Positions 49,780-61,085 of a stretch of DNA of 64,000 nucleotides are shown piece by piece (position 1 is the stretch's first letter; each line of letters begins with the position of its first letter). The position numbers and the translations under genes were made by a program. The DNA is from Lama guanicoe (lineage: Eukaryota), in NCBI GenBank assembly GCA_013239625.1, contig MU054033.1, positions 124,001 to 188,000 on the forward strand, written 5' to 3'. The notes under the pieces are model-generated. The model saw only the letters and a program-made list of their open reading frames with translations. It ran no database searches and was not told where the DNA came from.

Positions 49780-52700
49780 CCCCCCCCCCCGCCCCGGGCT
49801 GCTTTCAACAAGGCGCGCTCCGGGGCGGCTAAGTGCTTCCAGAGGCTGGGGCGGGCGGCGCCGGCGCCCGCGGGGAGCCCCGAGCCGAGGGTTTCCAGGG
49901 GTCCCGAGTGTGAGCGCCGCCCGGCCCCGGGGTCTCAGATGCGTGTCGAGGTTCCCACAACGTCGCCTCGGCCCTGCTCCCCGAGGTCACCTTCCGGGGC
50001 TCCGGCCCGCGGCGCCCCAGCCTGCGCGGGAGTGCCCCCGGGGCGAGCGCCGCGGTGGGACGAGGCGCAGGGAGGGGGGCTCCGGGTCCCCGCCGCCTGG
50101 TTGAAAGGGGCTCTGGCTTCCCTTTTGTTGGCCCCTCATCCCCTCCCCCACCGCCGGGAGGTGGCCGGAGCGGCGTTTCCTGTGCCCGGGGGTCGGGGGT
50201 CCCGGGTCCCCCGGGCGGCCTTTCGGCTGCTGGGGACCTGGCCTCCTTCGGGCCGGCCAGGAGGGGTGGGCCCGGCCCCGGGGGGCGTTCTCCTCGAGGG
50301 TCGCGCGGACCCTGGGGCGCACAAGAGCCTAGGGTGCCAGGCGGTCCGGATCCCGGGGACAGCCCCGTCCCGCATCGAACACCTCCTTTCCCGCCCCCGC
50401 CCAATTCCGCACTTCCCACAGGGCGACGGGGCCTCCAGGTTCAGAGGCTGAGGGGGTCGACCTCACGTCCCAGCCATGTGTGAGGCACCCCTTACACGTA
50501 AGTGGGTCTCAGTGTCACCCACCCCATTTCTTCAGGCAGATGAGAACTAGGCGCAGGAAGGGGGCTCAGCCCTGATCGTATTCTGCTAACTGCGCGCTCC
50601 AGGGACCCATCCTCCAATTCAGGAATTCTGGGCAGCCTGTCCTGTCGGGGGTGGGGGTGGGGGCGTCGTTTGGGTTTAAGCAGGAGTTGATTACGTCGTC
50701 CCTGGTTACTTACTTTGGGAAGGGGGTTTGCAATTACGTCGTTGTCCCTTAAAGCGTAAACCGCTCAGGATGCGCGGTGCAACGGTAAGTAAACCACGCC
50801 TCCCGAGTCAGTCCGTGGGGTTCTGCCAATGTCCTTGTGGATTTCTGCACCCCTCCCCCCGCCAGAGTGCCTCTCCCCTTTGGAGTCAGGGGCTGCGTTT
50901 GCTGTGCTGTGGGGGTCGGGGGAGAGGGGGCTTAACCTGAGGCCTCGACGTGCGGCTGCGCAGCTTTGGCGTGGTGGCCACGCCGGGGTTAATTGCCCTG
51001 CACAACTCTTAACGTCGCTACCAAAGGGAGGAAGGGAGGAGGGGGGCGGTTTTAGTTGCATTTGCCCGGGAGGAGTTGGAGGTGGGCGATGTGAGGAAGA
51101 TGGGTCTGTTGCTTAAATCAAGCTTGTAACAAGAACTGGAAACTTGCTCGCACTTTGGGCCGAGTAGTTTAAACACTGCCTTCCCTTCCCGTCGAATTTA
51201 AGAACTCTCAGAGGAACAAAGCAATCCAGTGTCATTTTCGTTAATTTTTGAACCCTGTGTGGAGGTAATTTCCTTTTTTTCCAGTAAACTAATAGTAATC
51301 TCTATCGGGGAAGGAGGAGGGGAGCTGTTTGTAATTCTCTTCCTTCTGGAATGCTAGGTTAGCTGGAAATTCGAAGAATATGATCATATTCAAAAATATG
51401 AACACAACTTTATGATTACAGGAGATTTGAGTGTTTGGCATCTTTTCTGCTTGTAAAGAGGAATCTCTGTAATTTGAGAGTATTTTATACACAAAACATA
51501 AATTGCTATGTAAAAATATGGAGAGGTTGTTCTGAAAGGTTTTGTAAGTTCTACATTTTTATAGAAGGCTCTGTTCTCTAAGGACACAAATACCTGATGT
51601 GGGACCGTGTGCCCCGCCTAGGTAGGACAGGCTGGGAGTGGGAGTTTTCGGGTCCTCCCTCCCCAGATTTTGATAGTGCAATGTTTATTTCTGGCCTGGA
51701 TCCCTGGAGTCATGGTGGTAATAAATAATGATAGTGATTCATTGGGAAGTAAATAAATGAAAACATCTTGAATAAGAAGACTGTGGAAAAAGAAAAGTCT
51801 TTTTTTATATGCTATATAGTAAGGCCACATGTTTTTCTTATTATGACTGTGTACCAAGCAAAGCAGCACACATTTGAAAATGTTCAGAGCAAGTGCTAGT
51901 TTAACCCTCGCATCTACTTGATAAAACATGCCATTCTGAACAGTGAACATGACTGACCCTGTGTGACATTCAGCGTGAGCTGCTGTGTTAAAGTCTTCTT
52001 AAAAATGGTGATGGGTGACCGAGGGGCTCTCGTCCGAGAGGCCGTCTTGATTATTAAAGCAAGTCACAGTTAGAAAACCCACAAGAAATCTGCTTAATAC
52101 TTTGCGTGCCAAAAAGCAACGTGGGTTTAAAAATGGGCCTTTACCAGGAGGAGCTTTTGGTGAGAGTGATCTGCAGACTTAGGAGGCAATGTGAAATAAC
52201 ATTTCTGGTTTTACTGTTAAAATGGTTTTTGGTTGTTTGCTCAAAGTACCTCGGTCATTGGTGTCTGTATGTCTCTTTTAGGATGTGATTTGCAGTGAAT
52301 TACTTGTTCCCCATGAACGAATTTGTCTCTTTAGCTTCGATTTAGTGTCTGAGACATTGAAGCCTGGCAGAGTTCGGGTTTAACACTGCTCTGTCCTTTG
52401 GAATCTTTTTCTGAGACCCACGGCTTGGAAGTGCAGGATTAGGGGAACAGCCCGCTTGACAGGTATGGAAGATTAATCCCCTAAAGGGGGGTGTCTCAAG
52501 CCAGCTTTCAGCCTGAGAAGTGGCCTGCCTTTAAAATGCATTCCATGGGAGGCCAGGATGTGGAAGGTTATCATTATCATTGAAATGGGACCTGGGTGTG
52601 AAAGGCTTTGGCCTCCCTAATCTGCAGGACCCAGGCCAGTATGATGGAGCACAGGAAATTGGTGTGCTGTTAGTCTTTTTCCCTGGGAGAGCTCTAATCA

Positions 52701-54449
52701 CGTAATTCCAAGTTGTAGTCAGGGAAAAGAAAGCGGGCTACGAAGTGTTGTCTCCATCCAAGGTTTATAAACATCTCTAAAAAGTCCGTTGATGTCAGGG
52801 ACCTTTTGGTGTTTATCTGGTCCATTCCCTGGGAACCCGGAGCTGGACCAGCGCAGCATCCTGTGATCACCACCTGGAGAAGGGCTGGGCTGTGAAGCTT
52901 TGCCTTCACCCTGCTGTGCCCCACGGGGAGCTCCTTATGGGCTGTGATGGGACTCCATTCCTGGTAAAGAACGTTATCATTAAGATATTTCCTTCTTTGG
53001 GGATCCTGTGGTGACCGCCAGGTGGATTCCATGAATACCATGTATGGAAGATGTCAAAGCAAAGTCACCAGGGGGCTTCGCTTTGCAGAGGAAGAGGCAC
53101 TGGCTGAGTCTGGATTTGGCATGGCCAGTGGCAATTTCGTGAAAGGACAATTGGGCAAAAATTGGTTTTGAAAACATTGCTTCTCAGTGACTCGTTGGGC
53201 TCTTCGGGTTTGTGTTGTTGGACGACAGTGCTGTTAACAGAAGTGTTTGGAGTTTAGTGGGTAGTGTGGGCTCCTTGAGTTTTGAAGTAAAACCTTAAGC
53301 AACAAGAGAAGCTCTGGCCCACTAATTACGGCTGCGACTGCCTGGGGTTTGTACCAGCCTCCTTCTTCTAACATGTATTTATTTAGTTTCACCGAGAAGC
53401 TCGCCAAGTTGGAAATAAGGGCGGGCCAGCTCTGCCTGCATGTACAGTCGTCAAAAAACATGTCTGGGGTGCGATCTGTTTAAAATCATACTAACAGAGT
53501 GGCCGAGGAACTGGTGAGAAGTGAAGGGAAGGCCTTTCAGAAATAAGGAATTGTGTTGGTTTGTTTTGTACCAGTCGGGGGATTTCATTTTTTTTTTCTC
53601 TCTCCCAAGTTCTATCCCTGAAAGAATCAAAAAAAAAAAAAAAAAAGGAAAATAATTACAGAAAAATTTAGTCTCATTAGACTAAGTGGCTTGTCCTCTA
53701 GAAAGTCTTACGTTCCTGTGGGATGTGGTGTGTGTGTCTTTAATTGTCGTTGGAATGAGCCTCAGTAAGCACTCTGTCACTTTTGAGATGTTATCTGGGG
53801 AGAATGTGGCTGCTGCTTCAAATCCTGGGCGAGTGGGGGAGGGCTTCCCCCAAGTCCGCAGTGCTCCCAGCCTAATGGTTTCCACACCCCAGCGCCCTCC
53901 TGGAGAGCGGGTTAACCCACCGTGCAGTTAAATGACAGAAATCCTCATTGTAGACTTGCGCTGTGGCGTTTAGTAGCCGCGGGGCACATGTAACTACTCA
54001 GGTTAAAATTAATTAAACTGAAATGAAAGCTTCAGTCCCTCCACGGCACTGGCTGCGTTTCAGTGGCCGCAGGTGACGGGGTGGCTCCCGTGGCCCGCGG
54101 ACACAGAGGCCATGTGCCTCCTTGCAGGAAGGGCTGTCGGCCAGCACTCTCTTTGTCCAGAGTCCGTGTGTCTGGGCCTGTTGCTTCGGGAGCAGCTGGT
54201 GGAGTCCTGGGCAAGGAGGAGCGCTTCTCCTTGTTTGCCTAGAGTTCTGTTCGTTGACTGTGGGAGGTTTGAAGGCAAAAACGAGCTGGATTGACTCGAC
54301 TCTTTGGGACCAGAGGGCCCTGTCCCAAGAGGGGCTTGGCAGACGTGTGATGACCAAGGCCGCAGACCTTAGCTTATGGACTTGCCTACCATGCAGTGCT
54401 GATTTGGGGGGAAATGTTCGTTTTTAAGAACTTGAATGTAAGGGGCCAG

Positions 54450-54965
54450 ACAAGATTATGTGAACACGTGCGCCCACGCACATATGTGCGCGTGCGCGTT
54501 TGGGGGGGAGACACCATGGCTTGTTTGCAACTGAGAAAACCGCGTGAAATGGTGATCGAGTGACACCCACTCGAATTAGGGAGATCTTCGGGTGGTGAAA
54601 GGTAACGACCGTCGCGGGAAGAAGGCTTCAAGCGTGGACTGTAGGACTCCCAGCAGAGGAGAGGCAGGGGAGACCCGCCCGCTTCCCTGGCAGGCCCCCC
54701 GCACTAGGCCGGGCGCGTGGGGCGGGGACGCAAAAGCAGTTTCCCACGTGGGGAAGGAAGTCCCTGTGGGGGCGGGAGCGGAGTCGGGAGGTGACATTTG
54801 AGGACACGCTGGTGGTCTGAACTGAGTCCGACGTGCATCAGCGAAGATTTGCCAAAGGCAGGAGGAGGGAGCCGGCCGGTGATGACGCCTGACAGCGGCC
54901 CGCCCGGCCCGCCCTCGCGAGGCCTCCGCGCTCACCTCCAGCAGCGGCCACGTGGGCGGCCGTGG
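54450..54965. promoter_or_regulatory. Secondary CpG-rich island in ROR2 intron 1
   Basis: Local CpG enrichment, GC boxes, and two CACGTG E-boxes (54745, 54949). Confidence 0.55.
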
Positions 54966-55253
54966 AATGTGTGTGCGAATGTTTGCGGAATGTGTTTGCA
55001 GGCAGGAGAGGGCTGTAAGAAAAGGGCAGAACTGGGAAGAGGCAGTAAGAACCCAAGGCAGCCAGAGCGAAGGGGAAAGGGGAAGGCCAGAGTGTGCGGA
55101 TCATGGCTCCCAGGAGAATCAGGATGGGATGCGATAAGCAGGGCAAGGGCGAGTCCACGCTGCAGCCGGCTTTGCAGCTGGGGGTGGGGTGGGTGTTAGA
55201 GAGTAGTGTTTGCACCCGAGATAGGAGGTGCATGAAGAATCAGGGGGCTTAGT

Positions 55254-55382
55254 TTTTTGTTTTTTTGGAGGGGAGAGGTAATCAGGTTCATTTACTTACT
55301 TTTAATGGAGGTACTGGGGATTGAACCCAGGACCTCGTGCTTGCTAGGCACTCATTCTAGCACTGAGCTATACCCTTCTCCC
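55254..55382 (-). mobile_element. Vic-1-type SINE with TSD
   Basis: Full head and tail. TSD CAGGGGGCTTAGT (55241-55253) / CAGGGGGTTTGGT (55383-55395). Confidence 0.9.
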
Positions 55383-56059
55383 CAGGGGGTTTGGTCTTGG
55401 ATTTGTTGGAGGAATTCCCAGGAAAGGTCTCGGTTGGGGAGCATCGTGGGAGGAAACTGAGGCAGAAGGAAAAGTCCAGTCACTCCTTAGGGGTCTGGAG
55501 GAGGGCTGCACGCAACATTTTGGCTCCTGGCAGCAAACGGGCATTGGGAAGGACGATGAGCAGGATTTGGGAGACGCTGAGGAACTGAGTCTGGGTGTGC
55601 AAGTTCCATCTGGAAAGTGAGCGGCCCACGGATGGATGGTAAGAGGGGCGGAGGAAGGGAGTGGGGTGGTGGGGAGCTCAGGCTGAGAATGCTTTTAGGC
55701 ACAACCTCTGGGTCACATTTGGTGAAATGTACACTTCGTTTTATTGCAGGATGTTATGTTTTCAGCTCTTACAGAACATTTGGAAATAACGTTTGGAATT
55801 TGAGAGTTTTCTTCCTGAGAGTGAAACAGCCCCCAGGTCACCATCTCATAGCCTTTGTATACCACTGGGTATGTTTCCAGAGCAGCTTAAAAGAGCGAAA
55901 AATTAAGGACCACAATAAGTCGCAAGAGGAGAAGGTGAGAGAGGGAACCCTGTCTTGAGTGAGCATGAGAGGTGGAGGGCCTGGCTGGCTGTGCACCTGC
56001 TTCTTTGGCAAAAAGAAACACAGAAACGAGAAACCAGAAAGTGATGACGGTTACCTCAG

Positions 56060-56712
56060 ATCTTTTTTTAATTCAGATAAAATATATAACATAGACCTTT
56101 TAGACTATATTGAAATGTGTAATTCACTAGCAACTCATTAAATATCTTCACGATGTTGTGCCACCGTCACCACCCTCCATTTCCAGAAAGTTCTTCACCC
56201 TCCCCAAACCGAAACTTTGTCTCCATGAAACAACCCCCCATTCCCCCTTCCAGCCCTGGAGGTCCCCACTCTCCTTTCTGTCTCTATGAATTGACTACTG
56301 TAGGCACTTCAGTGAAATGGACTCATGGTGTTTATCCTTTCGTTGTTCTGTGACTGGCTGCTTCTTCATTCATATTGTAATATGTGCCAGTAATTTTTTT
56401 TAAAGGCTGAATAATGCTCCATTTCACACACGCACACACAAACACCGAACCACATTTTGTTTTTCTGTTTTTTCCACCTGTTGGTGGACATTTGAGTTGT
56501 TCCCACCATTTGACAGTTGTGAACAGTGCTGTTACGAACATGGGTGGACAGAGAATCCGTTCAAGTCCCCGCTTTTGATTCTTCTGGGTATATCCCCAGA
56601 AATGGGATTGCTGGATCACATGGTCGTACTGTGGTTAATTTTCTGAGTCGCTACCATACTGTCAGCATTCGTTATTTTCTGTTTTACTGATAGTAGCCAT
56701 CACAGGGAGTGT
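56060..56712 (-). mobile_element. L1MA/MB-like 3' end
   Basis: ctttctgtctctatgaattgactact...aaggctgaataatgctccatt...gggattgctggatcacatgg. Confidence 0.85.
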
Positions 56713-56717
56713 GACTG

Positions 56718-57250
56718 ATTTCCTCATAGTGCTGGAAGTCCAGAGTCAAGGTGTCAGCGGTTCGTGCCTTGTCCGACGGCCCTGAGAGAATCCTTTTTCT
56801 TACCTCTTTGAGTTCTGGGTGGCTCCTGGCAGTCCTTGGCTTGTGACTGCATCTCCACCTGCCCTTCTTCTCTAGATGTCTCTCCGTGTCCCTTCCTCTT
56901 CTTTTTTTTTTAAATATTTTTAAATTAGAACATTTTTTAATTTTATTTTTTATTGGAGTACAGTCAGTTACAGTGTGTCAATTTCTGGTGTGCAGCACAA
57001 TGTCCCAGTCATGCATATACATACATATATTTGTTTTCATACTTTTTTCCATTAAAGGTTATTATTACAAGACATTGACCAGAAAGTCTTATAAGAACAT
57101 CAGTCATTGGATTTAAGCCCACTTGAAATCCAAGGTGGTTTCATCCTGAGGTCCTTAACTTGTTATTTCTGTAAAAACTACTTTCCAGTAAGGTCACATT
57201 GGGGTTTCTGGGTGCATATGAATTTTGGGGTGATACTCTTTAACCCCCTA
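56718..57250 (-). mobile_element. MLT1 (A-C-like) LTR interrupted by L1
   Basis: tcaaggtgtcagc...cttataagaacatcagtcattggattta...aaggtcacatt. Confidence 0.75.
56900..57078 (-). mobile_element. Lineage-specific L1 3' end nested in MLT1
   Basis: Poly-T followed by attggagtacagtcagttacagtgtgtcaatttctggtg. Near-identical to the 47020 copy. Confidence 0.82.
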
Positions 57251-57259
57251 GGTTATGTA

Positions 57260-58170
57260 AATGAATGGAAAAGAGGGTGAAGAGAGGGCACTTTTTTACA
57301 GTACAATGCCAGCCAATAAAAGTGATGTGACTTGGAAAAAAATTATGTTTTGCAACAGTAACGGTGCAGATTGATTTGGGCAAGAGTTTTCAATGAATGT
57401 TGGATGCAGTTACGTCGGGCCACGTTTATGGGGAGCGGGACATGTTCGTGGTTCAGAGGATTTCCCCACAGAGCCCTTATCTGCAAGGGGACAGCAACTG
57501 CAGACTGGAGAAAGCAGTTGTCACCTAACCGTGACCAAGGCTCACATCACCAGTGTGGGCAGGCGGTCATTGTCCTACCGACAGGGACCTCCAGTAACTT
57601 ACATTCCAGCTGGGGATGCAGAACCTGGGTCTGCTGGTGACAGAAACCACTAAGCCCGAATGGAGGAACATTCTATGAAGCAACTGGCTTGTAATGGAAA
57701 ATGTCAACGTTGTGAAGGACAAAACCAGCCAAGAAACGGATCCAGCTTAAAGGGGACTAGAGGGCGTGGCAGGTAAAGGCAGAATGTGATTCTGGTCAGG
57801 ACCGCACTGGAGTGGAAACCCGCAGATGTGCGTGTCTTTGGAATGAAAGTGGAATGTGGAGGTAAATTATTTGAAAGTGCTGTCAAAGTGCACTTTCCTG
57901 AATTTGTGAATTGTGTGGCGGTTACGTATGGGAGAGAGCATGCTCAGTCTTAGGGAGTGTACACTTGATGCTAAGGGATGAGTGTTGGCAACCTACTCTC
58001 AAATAGTTTAGAATAAAAAAAAAAAAAACAAAAAGACAATGAGAATGATGAAGCACCCGGGGTGAAATGTGAACAGTTAGTGACTCTGCATAACGAACGA
58101 GCAGAGGGGAGTTTCATGCATGAGTCTTTCAATTCTTGGATAAATTTGACATGACTTCAAAATAAAGGAC
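57260..58170 (+). mobile_element. Old L1MC/ME-like 3' UTR
   Basis: tggaggaacattctatgaagcaactggc...tttcctgaatttgtgaattgtg...gcaacctactctcaaatagtttaga. Confidence 0.6.
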
Positions 58171-59259
58171 TCAAATTATGTGAAATTGATACAAATGTGT
58201 GACTGTCGCCAGTGGAATCAACAGTAGAGCACATTCGCGGAGGATGAGGACTCCCAGCGGTTATGATCTTATGGGAAATGGTGTCAGACCTCCCCCAGGG
58301 GCGGGGTGGGGCGGGCTCCGCGTGCCTTTCAGACTAGACAGCGTTTCCTCAAGGAACAAAAGTCACCAAGTCTTGGTCCAGTGTCTGGATGGCCAGAACT
58401 TCTACCATATTTTTCCATGAGCCTTTTACAATAGGAAACTTCAAACACACATACAGTTAGACTATGACAGTGAACCCCTATGTATTTTTCACCCGATGTC
58501 AGCAGTTACCACGTTCTGTGAATTCTGGTTCATTTCTCTGGCACCCACTTTATGGGTCCCAGACAGCTTTAATTTTTTAATTATTTGTAATTAAACATAA
58601 CTTTTAATGTTTTGTAAATACGTCAGCGTGAATGGTAAGAACTGTTTCCCACATAATCTCTATACTGTTATCACAGGCAAGTGTGACTTGATACCCAGGC
58701 CCTGCCCACCTTTCCCAGCTTCCTGGAAAATGGCCTTTTACCCTTGGTTTGTTGACAGTGGGACCCAGGCAGGGTGCGTCCATTCATCTTGGCTTTGACC
58801 GTCAGCACAGCTGGACCCTGGGGTTCCCCGTTGGGTCTGAGCTTCCGACTCTGCTCAGGAGGAACCTGCACAGAGCTGGGTCCTGATGCAGCGGCCCAGG
58901 TACCCACCTTGAGAAGCGAAGTGTGTGGTGTGTGGAGGGGACAGGAAGGGCCCCCTTGAGCTGTGTCCAGTCCAGCCCTTCATTCTGGTCCCCTCTTCTG
59001 GCAGGGTGCTCCTATGCCCACCTCAAGAAGTGCCCTGCAGAGCCCTGAACAAGGCAAGCCAAATCTTGCCCATTCTCAGAGACCCCAGCACATGAACACA
59101 AAGGGTATTAAGGTGTAGAAAGGGAGGGAGGATGGCATTTCAGCTTTCAGGTGTGTCCTGTCCTGTTCCCTCCCCGGCTTTTCAACAACAATACAACGGA
59201 AGACTGGGTTTTGTGCTTTCTGGTGTGGAGGGTTAGACATCCCCCTTGAAAATTCAGAC

Positions 59260-60020
59260 TGTAGGCTGGAGAGAAGGTGTTTACCAAACGTAGGACAGAT
59301 GAGGGAGTCTACATCCAGAAGACATAAAGAACTCGTAAAGAAAAAAAAGATAAATGTTCCAGTTAAAAGAGGGACACAGAGTACAGCAGGCACTTTGCCG
59401 AAAAACAAGTCCAAAAGGCCAGAAACGTAAGGAAAGAGTTCGGGTTTAGCAGGATTCAAGAGAACACAGATTGTAAGGCACGTTTCCCAGTGTTCTGCCT
59501 GAGCCTCGCCTGGAGTCGGACGTGGATAACCAGGAGCGTGCCAGCGGTGATGCGGGGAGGTGGCCCTGTGTGTGTCAGTCGCCACGCTGAGGGCCGCGGG
59601 ACATTTGAAACACACGTGTTCTGTGGCCGGTCCTGAAAAAATGCGTGCACACCCGGGAGGCTTGTTGTTCGCTGCTGCGCCGTTTCTGATAGTGAAAGCT
59701 TGGACACGTGGCCATGTCATTGAACGAGGGCCAGAAAATGGAACAGGCACCATGTCTCAGCCCCTGGTTATTGGACAGCGGCTAAATGGGGATGGAGGGG
59801 GAGATTCCAAAGCGAGATTCTGGGTGAGGAGAAAGCCAGGTTGCAGAAGGATATGTGCTGCATGGGACTGATCTAAAACATCCCGCCTCCTTCCCCCATT
59901 TCTGTGGGTATCATGATCTCCAGTCCACACGTGCGACTGATGACAGCGGTCACCCTGGAGGAGACAGGAGGGCGCTACAGGAATCTTCGGGGTCTTTGAT
60001 ACCAGCATCGCTCCTGTGCT
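59260..60020 (+). mobile_element. Old L1M ORF2 end and 3' UTR, strongly GC-shifted
   Basis: ggagagaaggtgtttaccaaac...cataaagaactc and gatagtgaaagcttggacac are collinear with the L1 at 12370-13200. Confidence 0.6.
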
Positions 60021-60686
60021 CGGGGTTATGGAGCCTGGCTTTAAGCCCCCGGGGGAAGACATTTCTGTCTACACGTTTAAATAAATTAGTAGGGACTGTT
60101 GCACTTCCTGTCTCCCCACATCTTTCTCCTTGCTCTGTAAAAAGTTCTCGCCCAGCTCTGGCCAGAGGGAAAGGAGAAGGAAAAAAGCGAGAAGTCCGTT
60201 CACAGAGGAGACCGTGAAGTTCTTAAGCGAGTCGTAACGCTCTTCAGGGGTGGACCTTTGGGGTTGTATGAACAGGTAAAGGAATGGAAGGTTGGGGTGC
60301 AGGAAACTCACGTCCGCCAGTTCTCTGCAGTGGACACCCCATGGCTTTACAGATGTTCGACCCAAATCCCCTTCTAGACACATGTGACCTTTTTAGAGCT
60401 GTCGTGAAACCTCGCCCTGGGGATGCTGCACGCCCGCCCAGTGGTGTGTCCGCCCGCACCTTCGGGTCAGCTGGTTTTGGTGTGGACGGGACCAGCCATG
60501 TCTGCGTAAGCCTAGGATTCTAAGTTTGCTCCAAGAGCTGCTGAGATCCTTTTACTGCGTGTAAATGGCCCCCCAGATCAGAATTTTCTTGATGTTCTGA
60601 AACTGAAGCAAAATACAGGAGCTCTGAAAGTACACTGAGGTGGAATGGGACTGGAGCTGTCTTTCAAACTTACAGTTTCAAGTTTT

Positions 60687-60825
60687 TTTAAAAATTAATT
60701 AATTTTTGTTGGGGAGGTAATTAGGTTTATTTAGTTACTTATTTTTAATGGAGGTGCTGGGGATTGAACCCAGGACCTTGATGCATGCTAGGCATGCGCT
60801 CTACCACTGAGCTACACCCTCCCCC
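60687..60825 (-). mobile_element. Vic-1-type SINE with TSD
   Basis: Full head and tail. TSD CAGTTTCAAGTTTT (60673-60686) / CAGTTTGAAGTTTT (60826-60839). Confidence 0.9.
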
Positions 60826-60906
60826 CAGTTTGAAGTTTTATGGCGATTGAGATGGAAGTTCCTTGCTCTCACTTCGTGAGTTTTTATTATAAAGAGAATA
60901 TTACGC

Positions 60907-61085
60907 TGTTACATGTTGAATAGTGTTTCCCTCCCAAGGATACAGTGTTGGAGTTCTGACCCCCAGTACTTGAGAATGTGACCTTATTTGGAGAGGTCTT
61001 TACAGATGTAACCAAATTAAAATGAGGTCATTAGGGTGAACCCTAATCCAGTAGGACTGATGTCCTTATAAAAAGGGGGGATTTT
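60907..61085 (+). mobile_element. MLT1 (A-C-like) LTR 5' part
   Basis: gaatgtgaccttatttggagaggtctttacagatgtaa...aatgaggtcattagggtg..ccctaatcca. Confidence 0.85.

Larger units (their letters stand above)
48760..50470. promoter_or_regulatory. ROR2: CpG island / promoter of ROR2
   Basis: Very high GC and CpG density with many GGGCGG/CCGCCC boxes around the ROR2 ATG. Weaker CpG-rich shoulders at ~48000-48110 and ~50650-51100. Confidence 0.9.

Noticed and set aside
49042..50451. Long ORFs of 469, 342 and 250 aa over the CpG island
   Set aside because: Low-complexity P/R/G/A translations arise from stop-poor GC-rich DNA and read through N. Only MARGPA at 49572 is supported.
59076..59753. 225-aa minus-strand ORF
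   Set aside because: Antisense to a GC-shifted L1 remnant.
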